From: Girardia tigrina
Lineage: Eukaryota
Direction of reading: 5' to 3'
Length of the DNA stretch: 53,045 bases
NCBI GenBank assembly: GCA_001938485.1
Contig: MQRK01249798.1
Span: 1 to 53,045 of the forward strand
The translations under genes were made by a program, and so were the position numbers. Positions 10,503 through 23,228 of this stretch are shown piece after piece. Within the stretch, counting starts at the first letter, position 1, and every line of letters starts with the position of its first letter. A model generated the notes under the pieces. It was not told where the DNA came from and searched no databases. It saw nothing but the letters and a program-made list of their open reading frames with translations.

Positions 10503-11074
10503 AGAACCATTTATTCTAAGGCTGGGTAAAATTATCTACATTAAACTCTGTATTAATATGAGGTGCCTCACATATAATTTATTTTCTTTATTTACAACAC
10601 ATGACAATGAGTATTTGTGAGGATTATTGAAGACTTAAATTTTCGAATTAACGCTAACAAAATATTTTAACTTAATATTAAAGAATAAAAGTAAAAAATA
10701 GAAATTTATTGTAAAAAAGTAAAGACGATAAAATGTGGGATAAAGTTACAATATAAATAATATTTAAAAAGAAATGTTTTAGATAAAATTTAAAGTAATA
10801 AAATTAATAAATTAAATAGTTTTGAAAATGAATTAAATATAAGATCTAAAAATAGTTAAACAGAATTTAGAAATATTGAAGAAAAAAAATATATGAAGAA
10901 AAATAAAATAAAAATAAAAAATTAATGAAACAATTATAATTTATCGAAGTTTAATAAAATGTTCATTCAAAAGAAAATACAATATTTCAAAAAATAAAAA
11001 ATTAATAAATAAAATATTTGAAAATAGTTTATTTTTCCATTATTTTTATTATTAGCTTACTTTATATACTTTAT

Positions 11075-11345
11075 GTAGCCATGGAATTTAGAAACCTATT
11101 TTGAAGGCCTTTTACTCAATCGATGCACTTGTGTCGTCCTTAATTTCTGCAATCAATAAAATTGTCTCAGACAAACAAAATTAATTATATAAAATTAAAT
11201 TGCAGTTAATCTTTTTAGAATGTGAACAACAAACAAATAACAACGACTGTGGTGCTTTTGTTTGTGGTTTCTTGGAGAAAATATTAACCAAAAAAATGTA
11301 CCTCTTCTTCGATATAGACATACCATATATTAGAATGCGATACAA
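11075..11345 (+). pseudogene. Ulp1/C48 cysteine protease C-terminal fragment (probably TE-borne)
   Basis: CEQQTNNNDCGAFVC catalytic motif (QxNxxDCG), upstream YSIDAL, downstream IPYIR. Confidence 0.7.
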
Positions 11346-11519
11346 CAAACTAATACCTCATGTTTCGAATAGATACAATAAACTACAAGGGAAGGAGATA
11401 ATCTCAGTTATACAGTGGTAAAACCAACAATATCCTCTAGAAAGGTTAGTCAAAGAAATTTTGAAAAATACAACAAAAAACGAGAAACTGTGACTAAACC
11501 TCTTATATTTGTGTACTTT

Positions 11520-11662
11520 CGAATGCATAATTTAATTAAATTTTTATAAAAACAAACGCCTCAATCAACGTTTGAAATTGCTAAAAATAATGACTTATTT
11601 ATTTAAAATCACATATCTTTCAAAAACTTTATCAAAATTGGTCGACTACTATGCCCACTGTG
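11520..11662. mobile_element. Possible Transib-type terminus
   Basis: Ends in GCCCACTGTG (reverse complement CACAGTGGGC). No partner end found. Confidence 0.4.
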
Positions 11663-11869
11663 TATTTCTGACTTTCAACGGATATTGATTGACTTTAACA
11701 GGGAAACTCAAACTACAACAATCTATAACTTATTAAAATCTCTGATAACTGACCAAGAAACAGCAGTTGAAAATCTAAATAAAAACCTACTCTCTTTCAT
11801 TAGAATTGAAGGTGCCAATTGGAAAACAAAATGTGCAGAAGATTTCACAGAGAGTGGTTATTGGGTGAC

Positions 11870-12032
11870 TGTGATATTAAAATGAATAATTAAAAAGCAT
11901 GATTAATTATAATTGAATATTTGTTTTAATAATTGATGTAATGTGGTATTTGTGAAATATATAAATTAATCGTCAATTACATTTATTGAATTTTGGTTAT
12001 CATATTATTAATATTATTGTGATAATATAACA
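11870..12032 (+). repeat. Gypsy 5' LTR followed by a tRNA-Ser-like PBS
   Basis: TGTGATATT...AATATAACA termini, immediately followed by TGGCGTCACGAGCAGG (12033-12048). Confidence 0.75.
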
Positions 12033-13103
12033 TGGCGTCACGAGCAGGTAAGAATAATTTTTTGGACGAATTTTTCTTTAGGGAAAAAGAAACAAAACTT
12101 TTCGTTTACAAAAAACATTCTGCAAGTTCAACCGCAATCAAGGAGCACGTAAGAAACGTTCAAGAGTTTGTTAAGTTATTTACATTGGGTGAAAAGAGTG
12201 AATTCGGAATTGAGTTATGTTGGAAAAAGGAAAATGATGAAATACCCGATCAAAATTTTCAGGTATGTAATTTAGAAGCAAGATTCGGCCGGAAAGTAAC
12301 AGACGAGGAACGATTTCAGAAAGCCAAAAATACGATGCATATCGCTGTTAAACCAAAGATAATCAATGTCGTAGAGAGGCATAAAAGAGTTTTCATGGCG
12401 GATAAATGGGATGCACGACACTGATAAAACACAGAATAGATACAAAAGGACCGCCAATTAATTTGAGACCACATAGACAGCCAACCAATCTAGAAGAGAA
12501 AATCAATGAAACTATAAAAAACCTGAGGGAAAACAACATTATAAGGAAGTGTAACTCTCCATGGAATACTCCGATGATATGCGTGTGGAAAAAGAAAAAA
12601 ATGATATCAGACTTTGCTTAGATTTTAGACAACTGAATCTAGTTACAGAGAGACAGGCATTTCCAATGCCAAATATGATAGAAATGATAGACGAGTTGTA
12701 TGGATCTAGTTATTTTACTTCGATTGATTTGGGTAATGCATATTACCAGGTAGACCTAGAAGAAGAATCAAAGCTGAAAACGGAGTTTTCGACGAAAGCG
12801 GGGCAATTTTGTTTTAATAAAATGCCGTTTGGTATTGCAGCGGCACGGTGGACGTTTCAAGAACTTATGACAAGGAAATTGGGGGATATAGAACAGACAG
12901 TAGTTTATTTGGACGATATCTTAATCTTCTCAAAATCATTAGAAAAGCATTACGAGATTTTAGACAGAGTATTGNATAGAATTGAAAAGGCAGGTCTAAG
13001 AATTAATCCAGAGAAATGTCATATTTTAAAAACAGAAGTCAAATTCCTGGGGCATGTAATCAACGAAAAAGGGATTCAAACAGATCCGTCCAAATTGTTT
13101 TAA
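12032..13103 (+). mobile_element. Internally deleted Gypsy element: gag start plus frameshifted RT
   Basis: HRIDTKGPPI, SPWNTP, RLCLDFRQLN, IDLGNAYYQV, MPFG, YLDDILIFS and FLGHVI. Confidence 0.92.
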
Positions 13104-13180
13104 CTGCAAGAAGATAGGACATATCGCTAAATTATGCTGTTGATGCGGATCGACAAATCACGTTCTTCGAGACTGTAACA
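13094..13180 (+). mobile_element. Gag CCHC zinc-knuckle pair remnant
   Basis: CFNCKKIGHIAKLC followed by C-*CGSTNHVLRDC. Confidence 0.8.
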
Positions 13181-13301
13181 TCAAACGATTAAGATATTTC
13201 CAAAAAGAAGAAGAAATTTTTAGTGATAGGCCACCGGAGACGGAAAATGTTGTATCAGAGGACAAACAGATTACTATGATTCACGGATCGGGATGGTGTA
13301 A

Positions 13302-15960
13302 GGGCTTGTTCGCATATTACGTAACGTAAAAAGGGGGGAGGAGTCAAAGATTTTGTTAAGTTTTGTTACAGGGAGGGGGGTGGTGGGTGAGATTTTGTTA
13401 CATAACATTTAATTCATATTCATGGCACTTGGAAGACTTTTAGATAAGTATCATATTTAGGATGGCTACACTAAATTTTTCTGTCAATTCAGTACCAAAT
13501 AAAAAGTCACCTAATTTAAAATTATTCGAAAATATTTTGAAATTAATTCTCCAACAATATATAAAATGTTTATTTCTTTAATATTGTTTCGTTTTTTCGA
13601 TGAAATAAAATGAAAACCCTAATAGTAGTACTAATGAAATTTGTTTAAATAAGTACAAAAGGGCATTAATTTAATTTTTTTTAAATCGACTCCGGAAATA
13701 TTTTTTTAATAATTTCAAAATTGGTAATTTTTATTTTTGTATATTTTTTTATTTAACATGAATTCTTTTCTATTAATAATTATATTTTATTTTCTAGTAC
13801 TGGTTTGTAATTAGTGTTACTAATTTATAATTTCAAAAGGATGAATATGAAAGTTCTTTATGATCAGCACTATAATGGATTTATGGTAACATATCCACAA
13901 AAATCAAAGCAAGAAAAACAGAAGATGTGCAATGATTATTGGAATTCAATTAAGGCTAATGATAATTTCATTCAATTATTTGATGAAAAATTGAGCGAGT
14001 TGAAAGATGTTAAAAAGCAAAGCAAAGAATCATTAAAAAAATTTTTTAACTTGCAGTCAAAAGCTTCAACATCAAAGAGCGAACCATCAACCTCTGTTTT
14101 ATCACAATTATTGACTACTCAAAATACAATTGCTGCAATCTATTCAGCTTCTAGTTCTGCAACATCAGTTGAAAACGTGATGAAATTTCCAAAGCAGTTC
14201 GAAATCAACAATAAAATAAAAATAGTCTACAATGATATAACTGGTTTGTATTTACGTGACAAAGCAAAAATGTTAGCTTTGGATGAAAGAGAAAGACCTA
14301 AAGCTTTAGAAAAAGAAAAGGCTTCCTTAAAAAAACAGATAAAAGATCTTCAAAACAACCAAAAAAAGACAAAAAGATTTCCGCTTTCAAAGAAAACGAA
14401 AACATAAAGAAATTTTACTCTCCAACCCGGAATTGGCATCCCAATTGAAAATTCATCCCAAGAAAGGCAAGCCTCCCATTTCGAAGGAATATCCAGAATT
14501 GTTGTCAATCATAATAAAAATTGCAATGCATGGAGCTGCAGCAGATGAAAAAAGTCGCTGTGAGAATTTACGTACCATGAAAACGTTGAATGATTTGACA
14601 AAAGCTTTACAAAATGAAGGTTTTGATATAGGATGATCAACTGTTTACTACCATTTACAGCCAAAAAATGTACGAACAATCGATGGAAAGAAACATATTA
14701 CGACTGTTCCGGTAAAGCTTATTAAGGCAGAAAAAGATCATCACAAGTCTCATCCAGACTCAATGTTTTGGACTGCAACCATCAATAATTTAATGGCACT
14801 GGTTTCTTTTCTTGGACCTGGTGAAGTTACAATAATAAACCAGGATGATATAGCAAAAGTTCATATTGGAATTTCAGCAGCAAATTGTCAAGCACCTGTA
14901 CTAATGAACTTGAATACCGTGTTAAGTTACCAGATCATAACTGGATTGTTACTGAAAACCATAAATTGATACCTTCAGTGTACGCAGCACTCATGTTGGA
15001 ATCTGAAGGATATGGTGATAGAAAATGTTTTCAATATTCAGGACCAACATATATTACAACAAGGTCTGGTAAACATTCAAAGTCTACTGCCTACTCACAT
15101 GCACGACACTTTGAAAGACTTTATGAAATTGATAGCTTCAAGCCTTTTTTGTTTAATTATTGAAGGGGATTGTAAGTCTATAGTAATTTTATTGGTTGAC
15201 GGTGGTCCCGATGAGAATCCAAGATACCAAAAAAACATTTAAATTGGAATCCATCATTTTATAAAACGAAATTTAGATGCCTTGAATATAGCAACAAATG
15301 CACCTCATAGATCTGCCTTTAATCCTGTAGAGAAACGCATGACATCTCTGTCAAGACAATTATCTGGTTTGGTTTTACCTTTTGATCATTTTGGATCTCA
15401 TTTAGATAATCGTGGCAGAACAACAGATTTAGCTTTGGAATATGAAAATTTTAAGTTTGCAGGTGAGATTTTAAGTGAAGTTTTTGGAAAAGTTGTTATT
15501 GACGAATTTGACACCTTTGCTAAATTTATTGAGGAAGAATATTCAGAGATCAAAAGGTCAAACATTGTTCAAAAATCTCAAGGTTGGATTTTTAATCATC
15601 TTAGGTCTACTCAGTACATGACTCAAATTGTAAAATGGAAAAATAGTTCATGTTGTGCATCTATACGAGGAAATTTGTAAAAGTAATTAATAATCAGTTT
15701 TTACCTGCTTCTATTCCTCTCGGTTATTCTCCAAAGATTGAATTTGTGACTGCTTCAAAATAGAAATTTAAGTATTCATCTTTGTTTCAACGTTTACATT
15801 TTGAGTCAAATGACATGGCGTGTGACACACATTGTGCAACATTAAAAGATTAAATAGATGAACGAACTTGTAAGATATGCAGTATTTACTTTGCTTCACT
15901 GACATTGTTAAAACAGTATCGAATTGTGCACGCCTTAAAAGAAAATCATTACGACAGAGA
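13302..15960 (+). mobile_element. Zator DNA transposon: left end and decayed transposase
   Basis: TAA|GGGCTTGTTCGCATATTACGTAACG terminus. Motifs QDDIAKVHIG, EYRVKLPDHNW...HKLIPSVYA, DGGPDENPRY, NAPHRSAFNPVEKRM and zinc finger RTCKICSIYFAS. Confidence 0.85.
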
Positions 15961-18879
15961 CACAATTATATAAACCCTTTCCTGTACTCTATCTCCCGAG
16001 ACATCTTCATATGAATCCTGCCCCGTACCCGACACCCCTTACGCATGAGAGCCGTGTTCCGTTTGTTTTGAGGATAGTCAAACTCGACTATCCTCAAGTG
16101 GTTTTAAATTGGCTCCCAGCTTTTCGGGATGTTCAGTCAGGCCAGGATTCCGGTCCGCTGCTCCCAATCCGTTTGAGTTGCTTGGAAAGCTAAAATCAAA
16201 AACCCTAATTAAAGATTTTAATTAATTAATTAAAAATTGAACTTACAAATTCTCTAATTGTTATTCGCGACGACCGATGCGAATCCAGGGACATCATGTT
16301 TGTCCCGATGTCGGCGTTGTTTGTTTGTTAATGCCAAGACGGTTCGGCCAGTGTCCGTCATAGAGAAACAGGATGCTGTATATGTAAATAAACAACGGAT
16401 GCATTTTGAGAACGTTAATATAATTAACCTCGCACAGTTGCTATCGCACAGTAGTGAAGTTTCAATTAACTACAACCAACGAAAAATTTTAATTTGAAAA
16501 TTCTAATTTGATTTGATTTAAATCTTACTCGATAATTTTCAATTAATTGTTTACAATTGTTACAGTTTAACCAAGCGACGAAACTATATTATTATTCCAA
16601 TATATTATTACAATTGTTGGCGTTTAACCAAGCGACGAAGCTATATTCATTAATTTACAAAAAAAAGAACCCGAAAGGTATTGTTTGGGTCTACGTATTT
16701 CGTTATATTTCAATTATCATTTTATTATGTTTGCTAATTATAATTGTATAAAATATATATTGATTTAAAATAAAATATATATTAATATTGATTTCGGTTC
16801 ATTATTTGATGTTGGTTTTTTTCTTCCTTATTTTAATTTAGTTCGGTTTCATCTATTTGTGCTAATAAAAGTTTGTCCGAGACGAATCAATAACCTCTTC
16901 ATTGATTTGAAATTTTACAGAATGTTGTTTATTAAATTATACAAATTGAAATATCATTATCAATAAAAGTTTTTGAGATATAATTTTGTTCATTTCTTAA
17001 AACGTGCATCGTAACATTAAATCGAGTTCGTCAATTTAATAGAGTCAAACGGACATGAAATACGAGTGGAACGGGCTAGTGGACGATGGTATGAATTTAG
17101 TTCACTTCTGATTTAAAGGGATCAGGAGGGGTGATCCTTGGGCCCCGATGTGTAATTGAATCGTCCGTTTTGTACATAATGTATATAATAGATTTATGGA
17201 AATATGTAACGTTAATGAAAAGCTAATTTGATAATAATGTTTTCACTATGGAATTATAATTATCAATATTATTACTGATTTATTATTAATATTTTCTAAT
17301 TTTCCTAAATTAATTTGTAAATAAAGTTATACTCCCTTAGCATACTAGCCTGTTGAGTTGATAATAATTTTTAATTTAGTTTGATCAATTTCTAATTTAA
17401 TTTGTAAAGTAGTAATGATTTCTTTCAAGTAGTAATAATTAATCTTTGTCGTTTAACTTTGCATTTAATTACTGAATTATGTTTCTGAAATACTTAAGCG
17501 AACATTGATGAAACGGTATACGAATAAACGGCCGAAACGAAATTGTAAATGGTACTCGGATAAATAATGAGGTAAAGCTGTATAAAGCCGGTTATTGACA
17601 CAAAGAGTACGAGAAAGTGTGAGACCTATAAAGGGCCATGAATGAATGAATATTGGTCATCTTTAGTACTACCAGAAGTGATTACGAGAATAAGATATGA
17701 ACGACGTATTCAATAGCATGAGCGATAATCACGAATTTTCGGAGAACATTCGTTTGAAAGCTGAAGTGTAGAGAATCTAGAATATGAGTTAATATAGACA
17801 AACCGAACACGGTTCGCATGATTGTCACAAATTGTTAGAAATGCGTGGGTTGAAATAAAATTTTGTTGTTGCTGGACTATTTTATAGGCTAATGATACGA
17901 GTATTGAGTAAATTTAAATTATTGCCGAGTAATGTCTCGTCCGTACTATGTTATGTTCCGAATATAAAGGTTATCAAAAGATAAATTTTTAATTAAAACT
18001 AATAAATATTAAACCAATATTAAAGTTTTATGAACAAATTAAAAAAAATTTTTTGCGTAAAATGTTCTAGTTTTGTTTTCGAAAAGGTATTTCAATTAAT
18101 AAACTGGTTTAAAATGAATTCTTCTGAAATCATTCAAAATATATTTTACAGAAAATTAGAAAACTAAAACACCTCGGCGATTGGTGTATAGTTATAGTAT
18201 TATTAAATTCCGAATATTTACGTGAGTATGGTTACACGATTTTGATCATAAATAGTTGGAGCATTCAAAACGTTGTGTGTCATTTCAATTTCTCGAATAA
18301 TAACTTTAATTTTAAATAAATTGTCGAATCTTCATTGCTACATAATAGTTACCACGAAATAAAGTTAGGCAATCATCACCGAATTTAGCATGGTCAATTA
18401 TATGTACACGAATACGAAATATAAAATGTAAAGACATATGAATCTATATAAATATAATAAATATGAAATATAATTTGAATATCACAGGGACAAGGACCTT
18501 CGGTAACGATGTAGGGTGCTCGTAGCATGCAAGGGTCACGCGGGCAGTCCGACGTTTGTTCCCGTAGGATTTTCTTTGCCTTTCAGTAATAACATAATGT
18601 GAAGTATAAATCCTAACTTGAATTAAAGTCATACCCTCCAGAAGCTGAGTTACTAGTCGGGTCGTTTTCGTTACTGGTTAAGAACCCAAATCGCTTTAAT
18701 GTTTTCACAACTCGTTGATGCAAACAAAGGAGGCGCGTCTACTCCCCAAGTGTAATGAGTATCTATACACAGAGATGGTGATTGCTAGAGTTGCCGTTGA
18801 ACTCTAAGAAAACGGATGGGGGCTCGGAGTCATCATTAATGTTGTTTGAAGGGGAGCAAGACACATGGCACAGCTGAAT

Positions 18880-19309
18880 TGAAACCAAAAAAGGATTCTT
18901 AAACGTCGTAATAAGGAAGTACTTGCAATCTTTGAAGAGACAAAAGGTTTTCAAAATGTCGAATGGATAGATGATAATGAAGTTCAAGATGTTTGTATGG
19001 AACCAGCAGAAGAAGAATTGACACATTTTCCTACAATAAACATCAAAAAGCACCTTGAATGCCCTTGGCAGAATGTATAATAATTTTTTTAAAATAATTT
19101 TTTAACTTTAATAAATTTTATTGGGAGTTTTATTTTCTAATTTTATTATTAGACCACCAACTTATGATTATGGAACTTTGCCGACCATTTTTAATATAAT
19201 AAGTTTAACCTATGATTTTTATATGGAAAAGAATTTGTTACGTTACATCCAGAGGGAGGTGGGGCTCCAAGAATTTGTTACGGTCTGTTACAAGGAGGGA
19301 GGGGGATTC
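18880..19309 (+). mobile_element. Zator transposase C-terminus and right subterminal repeats
   Basis: RILKRRNKEVLAIF...VEWIDD...HLECPW*. The TTTGTTAC/G-run repeats resemble those at 13350-13408. The terminal TIR is missing. Confidence 0.65.
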
Positions 19310-19493
19310 TGTTGGGTATATTAAATTATCTTTAATCTCAATATGCACTTTTTAAACACAATTCTTAAATCTTTATCTTTAATCGTAAATCTCTATTCTT
19401 TATTCTTTAATCAATAATCTTTAATCAATAATTCTTAATTAATAATCCTTAATCTTTGATCTGACTCCAATTAATCAGAAGGGACTTCCAACA
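19310..19493. repeat. Possible solo LTR with TCTTTAATC tandem units
   Basis: TGTTGG...CCAACA termini; no TSD. Confidence 0.35.
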
Positions 19494-20284
19494 TAAATAT
19501 ATGAATAATGAACACAAATTCTTTTATGAAACTTTCTTTCAAATAACAAAAATTAACAAGTCAAAAATAATAATAATAATTCAATTCTTGATGACAGAAC
19601 AAAACACAAAACAATATTTCGTACGAGTTAATAGATTACAGTAAAATCTGTGAATCTCCCAAAACGAACGATATTGTAATTTAAAACAAACTTTCTTCTC
19701 CCATACGGGGTACTCATGGTTTGAAAGATTAATATTTTAATAAAATAAAAATAAAATAAGTTTTTACGTTACTTGTTAACACGACTTCTTCTTGATTAAA
19801 TTTCTTGCAAATATTTTTTGGCAAACTAAAACAAAATTTGCTGCTGTTTATATAGCAGTTTTCATCAACCTTGAAAATTGATGAGATAAAACAAAGACTA
19901 AAATATTTATAATTTTTGATGAAGTAAAACAAATATTTATAATTTTTAATTCCAAGTTTTGTTAAACTAAATATTATTTTGTTTGAAATTAATAATTTTA
20001 CTAAAAGAATTATTTAAAAATTTTCCTTTATAAAATTTTATCAAGTGTTCATATGTATATTTCGAATCCCTAACAATTCTAAAAAATGATTTCTTCGCGT
20101 TACGTATTATGCGAACGAGCTCTAAAGAAAAATTGAAGATGATTTTCAACAAAAAGCCAACGTTGGAGGAAGCATATAACAATTACATTAACAACCACGG
20201 AGCACGTCCGAGAAAAAATTTATATAAATACGAACCAACATTAATATCGGAATCTAGACTAGAGAAAGCTAGAAACAATCGATC

Positions 20285-20685
20285 AATCGAAAGCAAGTTC
20301 TTCTACAACAAAACAATGCAAAACCGCACACCGCCAAACAAACATAGGAAAAAATCAAAAATCTCGACGCATTGGAACTTCTTCCACATCCAGCGTATAG
20401 TCCGGATCTTGAGCCATCCGAATATCACCTTTTCCGCTCTTTGGTACACTTTCTTCGTGGTCGCAGCTTCAATAATCTGGCCGAGGTCAAAAACGGGTGT
20501 CAACAGTTCTTCGCTTCTAAGAACAAGGATTGGTACCGCAGCGGGATCGCACAACTTGCCCAGAGATGGGTTCAAGCTATAGATTCGAATGGCCTTTACT
20601 TTGAAACTTAAATGTATTTTATTTGTTGTAAAATTATGTTTAAATTTTTAATAAAAAATACGAAAAGACTTTTGGTTCACCCTAA
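20285..20685 (+). mobile_element. Mariner 3' fragment
   Basis: QNNAKPH and LLPHPAYSPDLEPSEYHLFRSL; TIR ...CTTTTGGTTCACCCTAA followed by TA. Confidence 0.92.
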
Positions 20686-22019
20686 TATACGGATTATTAA
20701 CTATGATCGGAATATTTTAAATTTTTTATGTTGACTTGTGTATGTTGAGTTTAGTATTTTGAAATGTGTTTCTCTAAGCAGATGGAAAATTGGTGTCTTT
20801 TGATGTTCATTATGATTTATTGTTCGAGCATCATTTACATTTTAAATTATAACATCAAATATTTTAAAATTTAAATTAAAATATTAAATCTTTAAATATT
20901 TGAATATCAAAAATTTGGATAAAGTAAAATAAGATTAAACGGAATTTTAAATCGATTAAATAAACGTTTTTAAGTAAAACCATTTTTAAATTACTATAAT
21001 TTTTAGATAAAATTCTTGTATAAATTAAAAGTAAAATTTTAAAAATAAAATCTAAAAATAATTTAAATGTATAAAATGAATAATTGTTTAAAACGATTCA
21101 TTATTAAAAATCTTATAAATTTAGCTAAATTTCAAAGTACAAAAGCTTTAGTGAAAAACAATCGTGTAGACTGTCGCACAAATACAAAAGGTTTCAACAG
21201 GTCTCTCGCTAACATTGTAGCCAGTGTATGTAGCCACCCATCGCATCAAAGTCTAACAAGTAATTTAGTTCACGCATTTATTAAACAAGTTAAGTATTAT
21301 AGTATGGATACAAAATCTGTTTTAAAAAGTTGCTTAAATATTTTTTGTTTATGATATAATTATTACGGAAGCGAGCTAATGAGGTCGAAGAACCTTATTA
21401 ACTCGTTTATGCAACTTTGTAAATACAATGATAAATAAAAAGAAAATATAAAGTATTGAATATTATAATTGTATATAACAATTAACGGAAAAAGATTGGG
21501 ATAAGAACAAAAGAACTATTGGATCACAAAAGAGGATAGAGTCACAAGAGTGAAAAAAATATCACAAAATTTAACACAGAGGTATAAAATATCAGTTTAC
21601 TTTTGAGTCCGAATTTGTGAGTCACTCTTCGAAGTTACGTGTTCCACGACTGATTGTTTCCGGTTGGTTGGATATCGTACCAAGTAAGAGAATTGGTGGA
21701 TCGGTATCGATTGTCTTCGGGTTGGCTGTAGTAGCAGATAAGAGAGTTTTGTGGATAAGTGTAGTCTGCCTCCGCGCTCAGAATGTGATCACGTAAATTA
21801 ATAAAATCGCTGATCGTCGAAGATCGGAAGCGGGAAGTTAATTTTCTTGGCAATTGACCAAGTATCAAATGCTGAGTATGAAAATTGAAATTTAATTGTG
21901 ATCGATAAAATCGATCGTTTTTTGAATTTCATAATATTGCCATTGGCAATATTAATAATACTTCCATATTAATTTAATATTAACATTAATATTAATATAC
22001 ATTAATATTAGCGACCATG

Positions 22020-22300
22020 ACTTTTTATTTATTTTGGAACTTTTTCTTTATTTTCCTATAACTTATGCCAAAGCTGTTTTGACAGACAATGATATTCTTC
22101 TTCTTGGAGGATTTGTCCTCGTTTTTTAGTAGGTTTCACGAGTTCTGAACCCAAATATTTAAGAAAGTTGATCTTGTCAGCATACATATGTCATAGTCTT
22201 TCTCGTATCAATAACAAAGTCCATTATTTAAAAAAATAAAGAACTTTCATGTTTTTTTTCTTCACTTTCGCATGTATCTCACTCATGTTCAGATGAAATA
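22020..22300 (-). mobile_element. Possible piggyBac transposase C-terminal remnant
   Basis: RSTFLKYLGSELVKP (cf. RRxFLxxLxxELxxP). Confidence 0.35.
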
Positions 22301-22730
22301 CAAAACAACACAAAAAACATACGAAAAAAATAAAAGAACAGTAGTTTGCAGGCAAAACAAAATTGTTACAGACCAGAAACAAAACTACACACACACACTC
22401 AACACCCAGACGGAATGGTACGTCGGTCAAAACCAAAAGTCCGCAATAATAATAATAAGCGCGGGAATTTTTATTATTGATAAGTATTTAAATTGTGGGC
22501 AAAATAAAACTGTTATTGTTTTAATAGTTGAAAATAAAGCTCGAGTTTTGAATCGGGGTTGTCGTATAAATAAAGTATTTTTCAATTTCATTGAAATTTT
22601 AGCGCAACAAAATTTATCATTTCTTTCACTTTTTTATGGAAAATTATTATTTGGGACGGGTAAATTTTATTAGGTTTTTCATAAAATGATAAAAATATAT
22701 TTATAATTTATTTTGTAATTCAGTTATATT

Positions 22731-23228
22731 TGTGAGGAATATTTTAAATTGTTTGAATGTGTGAATGAATTGATGTTGTGTTGATTTAAGTACGTTGAAC
22801 TTAGAATGGTGATTCTCCCACCCAGATGGAAATTGGTATTTCTTTTATATTTAAAGTGATCGATTATTCGAACACAATTAAAATAATAATTTGATGAGTT
22901 TATATTTTTTAAATTAACAATTAAAATTAAGTTAATAATTTTTAATAAAATTTAAATTAAATTTAGTTTCAATAATTTGATAATATTTTTTATTATTTGG
23001 TGTTTTTATTAATAAATAGTTTAAATTATTATTTTAATTAATATTTTTAAAAAATAAATATTTTAAAAAGATTTTGAAAAATAGTTCGACTAATCATGAT
23101 TAAAAATAAAAATAAGAAAACCAATTAAAGCGATGTCAAACGATGAAAGATCTTCTGAGTGTTGTAATGACTCTAAATGTGATTGTAATAAAAATTCAAA
23201 TGAGTTTTGTCTCAATGTTCTTAAATAA
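22731..23228 (+). repeat. TGTGAGG-terminus / Cys-rich micro-ORF repeat module, copy A
   Basis: TGTGAGGAAT...TCTCC...CAGATGG, then ORF MSNDERSSECCNDSKCDCNK (23133-23228). Confidence 0.7.

Noticed and set aside
19320-19460. Short repeated units as a CRISPR-like array
   Set aside because: Degenerate TCTTTAATC tandem units without unique spacers, in a eukaryotic context with no cas genes.
20109-20582. 157-aa ORF overlapping the mariner fragment
   Set aside because: An alternative-frame read-through of mariner sequence with no independent protein signature.
21932-21954. Palindrome TAATATTGCCA-T-TGGCAATATTA
   Set aside because: Isolated in AT-rich low-complexity DNA, with no supporting context.
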